Shown here one piece after another: positions 18,562 through 28,134 of a stretch of DNA of 64,000 bases; positions within the stretch are counted from its first letter, which is position 1; each line of letters opens with the position of its first letter. Below the pieces are notes generated by a model. The model did not search any database. It worked only from the letters and a program-made list of their open reading frames with translations, and was not told the origin of the DNA. The position numbers and the translations under genes are program-made. Origin of the DNA: a virus; the IMG/VR virus record IMGVR_UViG_3300037493_005286, positions 23,454 through 87,453 of that record; one strand, given 5' to 3'.

Positions 18562-19878
18562 GTGAGTAAGTTAGATTTAGAATTCTTTGAAAATGTCGTC
18601 ATATATAAATCACTTACAGACTCAACCTATTTAGCATCGATAGTTGACTTTGTAAAACCGGAATATTTTAAAACGAAAAATATTGCGACAATCTTTAATA
18701 TAATTAAAGAGTTTCATGATAAAAGGCAAAAGCTACCTACAATAACTGAAATTAAATCGTATCTGGTAACAGATGAACTAAGACAAATTTTTAAAACGCT
18801 TGTTCATTCATTTAACGATATTGATAAAAATATTGATAAAGATGAATTGTATGAAAATACTGAACGCTTTCTTAAAGAGAAAGCTGTATTCCATACTATG
18901 CTCTCAATTGCTGAAGATGTAGCTAAAGGAAATGTAGATACGTCGGCTGCATTAGATAAGTTTGAAAAATCATGTAATATTAGTTTAGTTACTGACCTAG
19001 GACTAGAACTATACGGTGATATTGATACAGTTATTGATGATTTGACTAACGTACAGAAAACTATTCCAAGTAAATGGGAATGGCTTGATAGTGCATTAGG
19101 AGGAGGATTCCTAGAAAATGGTCGAGCATTGTATGTATTTGCAGGTGAGACAAATATTGGTAAATCTATCTTCTTAGGTAACCTTGCTACTAATATATCG
19201 GAGCAAGGTAAAAACGTACTGCTAGTTTCGCTTGAAATGTCTGAAGTATTGTATGCTAAACGTCTATGTTCAAACGTATCTAAAATACCTCTGAAGGATC
19301 TTGCAACTAATACACATGCACTTAAACAAGCTCTTACAGAGCAAAAAGCAGCTGGTAAGGGTAGCTTATTTATCAAAGAATTTCCACCATCGACAATTAC
19401 ACCTAATCAACTAAAGGCGTTTGTTAAAAAAATTACAGATACAGGAATTAAAATTGATGCTATTGTACTAGATTATCTCAACCTTATGCATTCAACGATA
19501 GGTTCAAATTCATATGAACGTATTAAAAATGTTACAGAGCAAGTTAGAGCTATGAGTTATATTTTTAACTGTCCTATTATTAGTGCTACTCAGTTAAATC
19601 GTTCAGGCTTCGATACAGAAAATCCCGACCTTGCAACTATTTCTGAATCTATAGGATTAGCAGCAACAGCAGACGTAATTGTATCGATTTATCAAAACGT
19701 TGAAGATAGAGAACTTGGTATTATTAGACTGGGTATGATGAAAAACCGGTACGGTCCTAGAGGACATACACAGCCAATGCGCATTGATTATTCTACCCTT
19801 ACTATTACACAAGCTGACGATGTAGAAGAATTTGCAGCAGATGACTCTTACAATTCACTAGCGGCATTTGCTGGTTGA
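18562..19878 (+). CDS. gp41: Replicative DnaB-like helicase gp41
   Basis: AGETNIGKS, SLEMSE, IKEFPP, LDYLNL, SATQLNRSG, SESIGLAATAD, KNRYG. Confidence 0.95.
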   Translation: MSKLDLEFFENVVIYKSLTDSTYLASIVDFVKPEYFKTKNIATIFNIIKEFHDKRQKLPTITEIKSYLVTDELRQIFKTLVHSFNDIDKNIDKDELYENTERFLKEKAVFHTMLSIAEDVAKGNVDTSAALDKFEKSCNISLVTDLGLELYGDIDTVIDDLTNVQKTIPSKWEWLDSALGGGFLENGRALYVFAGETNIGKSIFLGNLATNISEQGKNVLLVSLEMSEVLYAKRLCSNVSKIPLKDLATNTHALKQALTEQKAAGKGSLFIKEFPPSTITPNQLKAFVKKITDTGIKIDAIVLDYLNLMHSTIGSNSYERIKNVTEQVRAMSYIFNCPIISATQLNRSGFDTENPDLATISESIGLAATADVIVSIYQNVEDRELGIIRLGMMKNRYGPRGHTQPMRIDYSTLTITQADDVEEFAADDSYNSLAAFAG

Positions 19879-19913
19879 TAAAATCTATATAACGCATAAA
19901 TACAAGTAGTTAA

Positions 19914-20330
19914 ATGACTACTTGTAATAATATTACTATAAACGTTAAGGCTTACCGTGAAGGTAAGCGAGATTTTAACGTCCAAGAATTAAATGAAATT
20001 AAATTATACTTCCTAAAGTATAAGGACCAATTACAAAGCACAGAATTCTTTGAAGGTGTATTAAAGGGATATAAGGTCGTAAGTTGCGTTGCAACCGAGT
20101 ACTATTCGGAGTTTATTTCATATATGGTACAACAACATGCAGCCTCTATTGCTGTTATTGTCGATCCACAAGCAAAACATGTACTTTTTCAAAAAAACAG
20201 TACATGTAGTGTTGATATAAACAAACTAACAGACATACTGTGTGGAGGTCATACAATACTAGACAATATAGTAGTGGGTAAGCTGACAAAACCATTTTTA
20301 ACCTTTACAAAAACTTTAAAACCATGTTAA
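19914..20330 (+). CDS. Hypothetical protein, weak resemblance to a stand-alone DHHA1 domain
   Basis: VDINKL..LCGGH near the C-terminus resembles the DHHA1 GGGH motif. Confidence 0.4.
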   Translation: MTTCNNITINVKAYREGKRDFNVQELNEIKLYFLKYKDQLQSTEFFEGVLKGYKVVSCVATEYYSEFISYMVQQHAASIAVIVDPQAKHVLFQKNSTCSVDINKLTDILCGGHTILDNIVVGKLTKPFLTFTKTLKPC

Positions 20331-20620
20331 ATTTCGACGTCGTAGAGCAACCTTCACATAATATTGTAAAGGAAGAAACAGAACACTTATTATTATCCTT
20401 TTGTACCTTATGTACATTGCTTAAGGGTAAGAAGCTAAGTATTCAAAATGTATTTATCCTTGTATTGCAAGAAGAACGTCTACGAAATATATTAAAAGAG
20501 CTTTTAAGTGTTGATACTAACTTTGAAGTAGTTAAACTATTTATAAATTACGATCCACTTATATCAGTCAGTAAGTACGTAACTAAATTTCTAAATTCAA
20601 ATTCCAGTCTTAAACTATGA
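20324..20620 (+). CDS. Hypothetical protein
   Basis: 98 aa ORF overlapping both neighbours. Confidence 0.55.
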   Translation: MLNFDVVEQPSHNIVKEETEHLLLSFCTLCTLLKGKKLSIQNVFILVLQEERLRNILKELLSVDTNFEVVKLFINYDPLISVSKYVTKFLNSNSSLKL

Positions 20621-21264
20621 TAAACGAAAAGCAGAAATATATTTATAACACATTCTTATATACTGCTCGTAACATAAAAAATAAGCCAGTTAAACACAGG
20701 CAAGACTTTACTAAATTAGATTCAACATCTGAAGTAATACTTAAAAAGTTAGACAACTTCTTTACAACTAATAGTAGTGTAAATTACAGCGACTTTTTTG
20801 TAGCTCCGTATCATGTATATAGTAAGGATGAATACTTTGATTTACAATTTTATATAACTCGTAGAGCTATTAAGTGCTATACTGAATTTATTAAAAAGAA
20901 AGAACGTGACAATCCTGACGATATTGAAGTTATAGACTCGTGTAAAAAATGCTGCGTGTTTATATATAACTACTGCAAAGAAAATAAACTTACATTAGAT
21001 CAATATAAGCATAGCATTGTTGGTAGTACTCCTATTACGTTACAGCATCTTAAAGAGCATAAAATTAACTTTTATACTCTACATGCGTTAAATGTTGAAA
21101 ACAGTGTTATGAAATTTGATTCGAGTATTATCGGATTTATGATTGACAACTTTTTTAACACGTATAATGCAACTAGAGCTAAGTTTATACGATCTGTAAA
21201 ACTTAAACCGACCATCCGAAAAGCTTTTGATATAGTAAATGAAAAGCTGTTGATTTATGGATAA
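20617..21264 (+). CDS. Hypothetical protein, possibly gp59-like helicase loader
   Basis: 215 aa basic, aromatic-rich; size and position just before gp32 match T4 gene 59; no diagnostic motif. Confidence 0.4.
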   Translation: MINEKQKYIYNTFLYTARNIKNKPVKHRQDFTKLDSTSEVILKKLDNFFTTNSSVNYSDFFVAPYHVYSKDEYFDLQFYITRRAIKCYTEFIKKKERDNPDDIEVIDSCKKCCVFIYNYCKENKLTLDQYKHSIVGSTPITLQHLKEHKINFYTLHALNVENSVMKFDSSIIGFMIDNFFNTYNATRAKFIRSVKLKPTIRKAFDIVNEKLLIYG

Positions 21265-21339
21265 ATCACATTAAAATAATTTTATCAGAGCAGTATATCT
21301 GATACTAACTAAACACAACTAAGACAACCAAATAAAAAT
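21250..21339 (+). promoter_or_regulatory. gp32 promoter and structured/A-rich 5' leader
   Basis: TTGATT-N16-TAAAAT (21250-21277); hairpin TATCAGA/TCTGATA (21283-21304); A/C-rich unstructured tract to the ATG. Confidence 0.65.
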
Positions 21340-22194
21340 ATGTTCAACTCATCAATGTTTCAATCAATTAAAGCAGCTCTCTCTAAAGACGAAGAAAAAG
21401 GCGCAGCATCCGGCCTATATAACGAAATTCTTAAAACACCCTCGGGTAATACATTTACTGTACGTCTTCTACCGTTTGCAAAAGACCCATCGAAGACATT
21501 TTTTCATTACTTTGTACAAGGCTGGACTTCGTTCGCTACTGGTCAGTACGTTCAAGCTATTTCTCCACAAACGTTCAATGAACGCGATCCTATTTCCGAA
21601 GAGCGATTTAGAGTACTACGTACAGGCTCACCTGAAGAGAAGGAAAAAATGCAAGCAGTTCGTCGCTCTGAAAAATGGCTCCTCAACGTCTACGTAGTTG
21701 AAGATCCAACCAATCCTGCCAATAACGGTACTGTAAAGATCTTGCGTTACGGTAAACAACTTCATAAAATTATTATGGAAGGTATCGAAGGTGAAGATGC
21801 AGAAGAGTTTGGCGCACGTATCTTTGATCTCGGTGCAAATGGAGTTAACTTTAAAATTAAGGTCGAACAGCAAGGTGATTATCCTACATATGTAAGCTCA
21901 CGCTTTACCGGAGCAGGTAAACTAAATCTTACTGAAGATGAACAACAGAAAATTTATAATAGTACGTTTAATCTTGAAGAAGTGTTCTCGGTTAAGTCAT
22001 ATGACGAGCTTAAGCAAATGATTGACGAGCATATCTACGTTAACGCAGATGCAAAATCTACTCAAGTAGCTACTCCTCACTTCGAAACTAAGCCAACTGT
22101 AACATCGCAACCCGAAACTTCTCCATTCCGTGAACAAGCATCTACTACTGTTAGTATGGAAGACGATATCGACGAACTTCTTAAGGATCTGTAA
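21340..22194 (+). CDS. gp32: Single-stranded DNA-binding protein gp32
   Basis: VRLLP, NVYVVEDPTNPANNGTVKILRYGK, IFDL..GVNFKIK, YVSSRF, KSYDEL, acidic tail EDDIDELLKDL. Confidence 0.92.
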   Translation: MFNSSMFQSIKAALSKDEEKGAASGLYNEILKTPSGNTFTVRLLPFAKDPSKTFFHYFVQGWTSFATGQYVQAISPQTFNERDPISEERFRVLRTGSPEEKEKMQAVRRSEKWLLNVYVVEDPTNPANNGTVKILRYGKQLHKIIMEGIEGEDAEEFGARIFDLGANGVNFKIKVEQQGDYPTYVSSRFTGAGKLNLTEDEQQKIYNSTFNLEEVFSVKSYDELKQMIDEHIYVNADAKSTQVATPHFETKPTVTSQPETSPFREQASTTVSMEDDIDELLKDL

Positions 22195-22198
22195 ATTT

Positions 22199-22645
22199 AT
22201 GACATTAGAAGAAAAACAAGCACTGCTACAATTTGTTGGACAAACATACGGACAAGCTACTAAGACTGATAACTTTATCGTAGGCGGATCTAATTCACTA
22301 CGACCAGTAGGTCAAGACTTTAAAAGTCACTTCGAGCAAATCCTACATGCACCAGTGGTTGATAGTATTGAAAATCAACCAGCTCCTGTTTACGAACAGC
22401 AAGTTCATGCACAACCAGCAATTGCTCAAGTAACGCATGAACAAGCTATTCAAGAGCTAGCGCAAACTAATACTGTAACACCTCAAATTCAACATGTAAC
22501 GCAGGCACCAGTAGCTAATACTGACTTAATACAAGTACTACAAGATATAAACTTGACTTTAGGTAGAATCGCTAATACACTTGAAAAGAAGAAAGTAACA
22601 CCAAATGTCACAACAAAGAAAACTAAAGCTAAAGTCCCGGACTGA
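22199..22645 (+). CDS. Hypothetical Q/P/T-rich protein
   Basis: ORF with ATG 4 nt after the gp32 stop. Confidence 0.55.
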   Translation: MTLEEKQALLQFVGQTYGQATKTDNFIVGGSNSLRPVGQDFKSHFEQILHAPVVDSIENQPAPVYEQQVHAQPAIAQVTHEQAIQELAQTNTVTPQIQHVTQAPVANTDLIQVLQDINLTLGRIANTLEKKKVTPNVTTKKTKAKVPD

Positions 22646-23330
22646 ATTCGTACGATTTTTAGACTCTTTCTCAAAGGTAAATGATTCGTTTATTGCAGAA
22701 GTAAAGCTTGATAGTATAACAGCAATTACAACATCACCAGATAATACGCTAGTAGTATACGGTGAACATAATAGTACTTCGGATTATAATACTAACCTAA
22801 ACATACCTGATAGTAAAAAACTAGTACGTGTACTAGATACTATTAATAGCGATTCGTTAGAATTTACTATTAATAGTAATAACTTAGAGTATAAGGATTC
22901 AAATGTAAAATTTAAATATCATTTATTTGAAGACGGATTTTTAAGTAAGCCTGCTTTAAGTATCGAAAAGATTAAAAACTTTAAGTTTGATATTACTTTT
23001 AATCTTACTAAGCCACAACTACAAAGTATTTTAAAGGGCAGTACATTTGCTACAGATACAAACAAATTATATCTGTATACAGATAACGGGTCATTAATGT
23101 CTGAGTTAACAGATAGAGTGAGACACAATACAGATTCTTACTCTATGGCGTTAGGGCCTGCTGATTTTGATCTACAGCCTATTGCAATTAACTTTGATAA
23201 TATTAGACTTTTGACGTTGTTAGATAATACATTCGAAGTAAATATTAACACTCAATTCGGAGTAATTGTTGTAACAACGTCAAATACTACAACTAAACTA
23301 TCATATATTATATCATCACTTACACAATGA
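22605..23330 (+). CDS. gp45: Sliding clamp, gp45-like
   Basis: 241 aa, alternating alpha/beta pattern (FSKVNDS, LNIPDSKKLVRVL, KFKYHL, INFDNIRLL) as in PCNA/gp45; replication context. Confidence 0.65.
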   Translation: MSQQRKLKLKSRTEFVRFLDSFSKVNDSFIAEVKLDSITAITTSPDNTLVVYGEHNSTSDYNTNLNIPDSKKLVRVLDTINSDSLEFTINSNNLEYKDSNVKFKYHLFEDGFLSKPALSIEKIKNFKFDITFNLTKPQLQSILKGSTFATDTNKLYLYTDNGSLMSELTDRVRHNTDSYSMALGPADFDLQPIAINFDNIRLLTLLDNTFEVNINTQFGVIVVTTSNTTTKLSYIISSLTQ

Positions 23331-23659
23331 ACAGGCACACTAAAAATAAACTATCAACACCGAGCTACTTTATTAAAAGACTTAAAGATAACGGATTCGT
23401 TACTTTTAAAATTTTTAAAAACTACGCTGAAAGCGATCCACGTAGATGGACCATTCTCGTTGATCCAGGTATTGCCTCTATCTATGTAACATGTTACGAA
23501 AATAAGGCATTTAAGGGAGACGTTTTATTTGAATTTAGCGATGGTGGGCAGTTACTACCTAAGAATTTCTCAATTAAGACAAATTCAATTGAAGTAATTG
23601 TTACGAAGCTACTGCAATTAGGTATTCAGCAAGTAGAAACGTCAGCAGCTAACGCTTAA
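23327..23659 (+). CDS. Hypothetical protein
   Basis: 110 aa ORF, ATGA overlap with the upstream gene. Confidence 0.6.
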   Translation: MNRHTKNKLSTPSYFIKRLKDNGFVTFKIFKNYAESDPRRWTILVDPGIASIYVTCYENKAFKGDVLFEFSDGGQLLPKNFSIKTNSIEVIVTKLLQLGIQQVETSAANA

Positions 23660-23661
23660 AG

Positions 23662-23916
23662 ATGCATCCACAGTTACGCAATATTTACGCTATTACTACA
23701 GGTGATTTTGTTGGTGAAATGTTCATTTATATAAATGAAACACTAGATACGTACAACTTCCTATCTGTACCAAAGATGATAAATCGTGCAGTTCCAAAAG
23801 ATAAGTTTGAAATCGGATGGAACTCCAATATAATTGAGTTAGTAGAGACAGCGCCGACAGAAGTATACGAAGTTGCTGTAGCTCAATTTAATTATAATGA
23901 AGACTCTAATAATTGA
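23662..23916 (+). CDS. Hypothetical protein
   Basis: 84 aa ORF in operon. Confidence 0.55.
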   Translation: MHPQLRNIYAITTGDFVGEMFIYINETLDTYNFLSVPKMINRAVPKDKFEIGWNSNIIELVETAPTEVYEVAVAQFNYNEDSNN

Positions 23917-24769
23917 TGGTAATAATTTAATACATCGTACGTTCTGGACTGCAAAAACTCAGTCAGAGCGTACGGGTATTAATAGTGTTGAACAAGTTAA
24001 CGATTTTCATATCTATTTTACGCTTAATGCTATTCACTCTTATGTGAGTAAGTATAACCCAGACGCAGTAATAACCGTGTGGGATGAAAAACCAGAATAC
24101 GAGGCTAATATTCGTAAAGCGTTACTAACAGAATATAAGGGCAATCGACTAAATGACGCTACTCCGCATCGAAATAACGATATTATTAAGCAACTACTCA
24201 GCTATCTCGGAATTAATTCTATCTTTCCTCGTGAACTAGAAGCTGACGATATTATTTCGTATATTGTTAAAGAACATATCGGTAATAAGGTTATTGTATC
24301 TGTAGATAAAGATTTTCTACAACTTGTAAGTAATACTATTACATTATTTGATCCAATACGTAAGCAAGAATACACTGCTTATAATTTTGAAGAGTTAACA
24401 GGCTATAAAGCCGATACAGAATGGTTAGCAGCTAAGTGTTTAGGTGGAGATAAATCAGATAACGTTCCAGGTATACCAAAATTTGGTAAGGTTAAGATCA
24501 AGAAGTATCTAGATGGTGAGGTAACACTTAATACAGAGCAACAAGCTACATTTGATTTAAATCACTCTATATTTACATTAGATAAGTATAAGGAATATCC
24601 ACGCGAGCAGCAATACTATAAAACTCAACTCGATATTGAGTCTACTACCAACTGGAAATTATTTTTAGCAGCGTGCGAAGAGCGTAATTTTCAAAATATT
24701 TTAAAGAAGAAAGAGAGTTGGTATAACTTGTTTTTCCTTAAACATAAACTAACATCATTATTTAAATGA
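23897..24769 (+). CDS. rnh: T4 RNase H / FEN-like 5'-3' exonuclease
   Basis: LIIDGNN, VWD, YKGNR, LEADDII, SVDKDFLQL, GDKSDNVPGI. Confidence 0.92.
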   Translation: MKTLIIDGNNLIHRTFWTAKTQSERTGINSVEQVNDFHIYFTLNAIHSYVSKYNPDAVITVWDEKPEYEANIRKALLTEYKGNRLNDATPHRNNDIIKQLLSYLGINSIFPRELEADDIISYIVKEHIGNKVIVSVDKDFLQLVSNTITLFDPIRKQEYTAYNFEELTGYKADTEWLAAKCLGGDKSDNVPGIPKFGKVKIKKYLDGEVTLNTEQQATFDLNHSIFTLDKYKEYPREQQYYKTQLDIESTTNWKLFLAACEERNFQNILKKKESWYNLFFLKHKLTSLFK

Positions 24770-25800
24770 TTATACCGGAAGATTATGTTATTATTAAGTT
24801 CTTTGAATTAGGTTACTACCCTAAGCGAAATAAGTTTAATAATACCTTTCAGTGCGGGTGCCCTATTTGTAAGGAAGGTCACTCATTAGGAAAAAAGCGT
24901 AGATGTTACTATATACCTGAAAAAGAGGTAATTTTCTGCCATAATTGCGGATGGTCAAGTAAACCAGCAAAATGGATCTGTGAAGTATCAGGATTATCAA
25001 ATATAGAGCTAATTGAAGAGTTACGCGAGTATGTACCAGAATTAGTAATACCTGAGGATAAGAATATTATAAAGAAAATTGTTAGCAGTACTTTACCTGT
25101 AGACAGTATTAATCTTTCCGACGAAAGTCAATTAGCATACTATAAAAATAACGATGTATTACGTTCGTGCATGCACTTAATTAAACATAGAAGGTTAGAT
25201 ACAGCTATAAACAGACCTACAAATTTATATTTAACGTTAACCGATAAAGTACACAAGAACAGATTAATTATACCGTTTATAACAGAGCGGAATGATATCG
25301 AATTCTACCAATCACGTACGATATTAAAATTTGATAATAAAAAACCAAAATACCTATCAAAAATTAACGCTGAAAAGACATTATTCAATATAAACAAAAT
25401 AGATACTGCAAACGAATTTGTTTACATTTTCGAAGGCCCTGTAAACGCGTTTTTTACAAAAAATAGTGTAGCTGTTGCAGGTATTACAGAGGGTAACAAT
25501 ACATTTACACCTAGACAGCGTGAACAGCTCAATACTACGTTAAAGTTTCATACAAAGATATGGGTATTAGATTCTCAGTGGATAGATACCGCATCGTTAG
25601 TAAAATCGCAAAATCTTTTAGAGCAAGGCGAGAAAGTTTTTATATGGCCTGAAAAATTTGGTACGAGATTTAAAGACTTTAACGATATTGCAATGCATTG
25701 CAAAATAGACGAAATTACAGGAGAATTTATACAAAAAAATACCTGTGAAGGACTCACAGGTATAATTAAGTTAGCTGAGATTAAAAGATTTAGACATTAA
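24766..25800 (+). CDS. gp61: DNA primase gp61
   Basis: Zn finger CPIC...CHNCG, RLIIPF, YQSR, PKYL, TOPRIM FEGP and WVLD, KDFND. Confidence 0.92.
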   Translation: MIIPEDYVIIKFFELGYYPKRNKFNNTFQCGCPICKEGHSLGKKRRCYYIPEKEVIFCHNCGWSSKPAKWICEVSGLSNIELIEELREYVPELVIPEDKNIIKKIVSSTLPVDSINLSDESQLAYYKNNDVLRSCMHLIKHRRLDTAINRPTNLYLTLTDKVHKNRLIIPFITERNDIEFYQSRTILKFDNKKPKYLSKINAEKTLFNINKIDTANEFVYIFEGPVNAFFTKNSVAVAGITEGNNTFTPRQREQLNTTLKFHTKIWVLDSQWIDTASLVKSQNLLEQGEKVFIWPEKFGTRFKDFNDIAMHCKIDEITGEFIQKNTCEGLTGIIKLAEIKRFRH

Positions 25801-26633
25801 ACGGTAACTATTGTATCTACCAGGTTCACGCCTTTATTATCAAAGATTAATGTTATATGTTTATATCCTATTGCAGCTGTTGCTTTTGCTTTAGCAATAT
25901 TTTTGCTCTTTTGTTGAGAATACGTCCATGCACTTTTAACCTCATAAACCACATTACTTTCTTCATGAAAAAAATCTGGAAAGTACTTTTTATTTCCTCC
26001 CTTATACATATACGATATAGTAGGTACATCAATACCGACACTAATATTATTAACGTTAATACCCTCTCCTACCAAGTATTCTAGAGCCTGCGGCTCAAAC
26101 CCTTGAACCGTAAATAACCTTCCATTCACTTTCACGTGTTTAAGCCTATAACCACTCTTCATTGCTTTAAGGTGTATATCTATTAACTGCATTGGATTAT
26201 CTACACCGTATTTTTCACGCATGTTATCTGCTCTTCTTACTTTTGTAGATAAGAGACTATTAGATTCTTTAATTGTTCTGAGCTCAACACCTAGCCTAAT
26301 AAGCCAATTTTTAATTGTAACGTGTGATACATTAAAATGCTTACCCAGTTCAATCAAGGATAAGCCATTGCTATATAGTGCTTTTAATTCACTACAGGTT
26401 TTTGGTTTATCGTCTAAAAAATGAAGCTTGCAGCTTTTTTTGTAGTCTGCAAGCTTGTTATTATCTGACGTGGTTCGCTTTTTAATATTATTAATTACTA
26501 AAACCCTATTAACGCGATTATACATTACGTTGTATTTTTTAGATATAGATCTTATTGTGAGCTCATTATTATAATCTTCAATGATTTTTTGTGCTAATGT
26601 TGATTCTATACTACGAGTCTCTTTAACCTCCAT
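25797..26633 (-). mobile_element. Free-standing endonuclease gene (HTH repeats + PD-(D/E)xK domain), probable homing endonuclease
   Basis: Two HTH-like repeats, EKYGVDNPMQ linker, QGFE...YFPDFF...VYEVKS; antisense to primase; TAAATA 5 nt upstream. Confidence 0.72.
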
Positions 26634-26665
26634 ATGTATATTTAGTCAAGAGACAAGTTTTACAT

Positions 26666-27106
26666 CTATACGTATTTGAAAGCGGGATTCTCAGTTTGAG
26701 AAATATAACCTCTAAAAGATTCTGTAAGTGCTGCTAATTCAGTTGCTACGCGTGAAATTTTACGTTGCTCTGATTGTTTCATTCTATCGAAAATTGTATC
26801 AGCTTCTGCGTTAGCTAACTTAACTTGAATAGAGTCGCCGTGGGTACCATTAAGAAAGTCAAGAAACTCATCACATCTACCAACCCATGATTCAAGCTCT
26901 TGTTGCATTGCTTGTGCTTGAGCTGATCTAATCTTAGCAGCTTGTGCAACAAGATCACCATCAGGTGATTCAGGCGTCTCTGTCGAAGTATCAAAAGCTG
27001 ATGGATCAGTTCCCTTATCTAATGAAGCTTCCATTGCTGCACGGTCACCACTAACACCATCTTGCTCATTTAAATATTTTAAAAATCTCTTCTCGAACTT
27101 TGTCAT
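26666..27106 (-). CDS. Hypothetical late protein; possible head internal protein
   Basis: 146 aa; TAAATA at 27112-27117; N-terminus MTKFEKRFLKYLNE. Confidence 0.6.
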   Translation of the reverse strand: MTKFEKRFLKYLNEQDGVSGDRAAMEASLDKGTDPSAFDTSTETPESPDGDLVAQAAKIRSAQAQAMQQELESWVGRCDEFLDFLNGTHGDSIQVKLANAEADTIFDRMKQSEQRKISRVATELAALTESFRGYISQTENPAFKYV

Positions 27107-27111
27107 ATGAT

Positions 27112-27133
27112 TATTTATTCCTTACACTAAATA
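27112..27133. promoter_or_regulatory. Back-to-back late promoters
   Basis: TAAATA on - (27112-27117) and on + (27128-27133), each 5 nt from a start codon. Confidence 0.65.
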
Positions 27134-27138
27134 ATTAT

Positions 27139-27465
27139 GTGAATATTTCAACAAATCCACATCAAATAGGTCGTGCTGATGCACCAATTAACGCTCAAGG
27201 TGGAATCGACACTCAATTAGATAAAAGAGATCAAGAAGAAGCTCTGAGTAAAGCACCAGCTATACTACCTACTCCTCTTGACGCATTACCAGTACTATTA
27301 GGCGATTTATTTGTAGCTCTTAATAGAATTAAAGAAACATTTTCCCGAGCATGTGATAGTCCGACTATTAATAAGGAACATTTAGTAGAACTACAGCATG
27401 ATATTGATGATATTTCGCAGAATGTACTTGATTTAACACAGACATTAGCTAAAATGATACTGTAA
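27139..27465 (+). CDS. Hypothetical late protein (GTG start)
   Basis: Start reassigned to GTG 5 nt after TAAATA; coiled-coil C-terminus. Confidence 0.55.
   Translation: MNISTNPHQIGRADAPINAQGGIDTQLDKRDQEEALSKAPAILPTPLDALPVLLGDLFVALNRIKETFSRACDSPTINKEHLVELQHDIDDISQNVLDLTQTLAKMIL
27428..27455 (+). promoter_or_regulatory. Sigma70-like promoter
   Basis: TTGATT-N16-TAAAAT, 12 nt before ATG at 27468. Confidence 0.55.
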
Positions 27466-27467
27466 CA

Positions 27468-27875
27468 ATGTTCAATATATTAAAGTCGATCGCTATAACA
27501 GTACTTATTAGTTTAGGTATCGCATTTTCATTAAAATCAGTCTTTGGATTTTGGGAAACATTTGTTTTATTTTCCATTATACAGCTCGGTGTAAGCTATA
27601 TGTGGAATACAGCTAAACTTAATAAGGCGGACATTATAATGAGTGAAGTTGAACAGACTATTGACGAACTAATTAAAAAGCAAGAAGTTGAAGTAGAATG
27701 TCCATGTGGTAAAAGTAAAATTAATACAATTATTTTCGTAAATGACGACGTTGTACTGCAATGCGAAAAATGTAATAATTCCTTTAGAGTTCTTACAGAA
27801 GTAAAAACACAACTACTTACTGAAACGGTAAATATGGAACAAGTCTATGATAAGTTAAAAGGAACTACCTTATAA
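27468..27875 (+). CDS. Membrane protein with two N-terminal TM helices and a Zn ribbon
   Basis: Hydrophobic residues 1-46; CPCG and CEKC. Confidence 0.65.
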   Translation: MFNILKSIAITVLISLGIAFSLKSVFGFWETFVLFSIIQLGVSYMWNTAKLNKADIIMSEVEQTIDELIKKQEVEVECPCGKSKINTIIFVNDDVVLQCEKCNNSFRVLTEVKTQLLTETVNMEQVYDKLKGTTL

Positions 27876-27891
27876 TAATGTTATAGAATAT

Positions 27892-28134
27892 ATGAAACAG
27901 TTTAAATTTAACTTAAAAAACGGATCGAAGATTAAAATGGAGTTTGACGAATTTGTTCGTTGGGCGTGCTTACTTGAGGGTGTTGAATATATTTCGACAG
28001 CGTGTGAAGAACGAGGAATGAATATTAATGACGATAGCTGGATCAAGCCCTTAGCCTTGCAAAAGTATATCGAAGAACGTTTTCCTGCTATGCAACACGA
28101 TCTCAAGGTTGAAGCAATTATGGGCAATATTTAA
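27892..28134 (+). CDS. Hypothetical protein
   Basis: 80 aa ORF with ATG, ends head-on with the structural operon. Confidence 0.55.
   Translation: MKQFKFNLKNGSKIKMEFDEFVRWACLLEGVEYISTACEERGMNINDDSWIKPLALQKYIEERFPAMQHDLKVEAIMGNI

Noticed and set aside
18804-19376. 190 aa antisense ORF in gp41, and similar shadow ORFs (e.g. 5804-6103, 9187-9525, 31137-31469, 42742-43149, 50683-51090, 60429-60836)
   Set aside because: Nested opposite or out of frame to well-supported genes, no motifs or promoter signals; explained by codon bias.
20324-20620. gp33 late co-activator by position
   Set aside because: Size and location fit but no recognisable gp33 sequence pattern; left as hypothetical.
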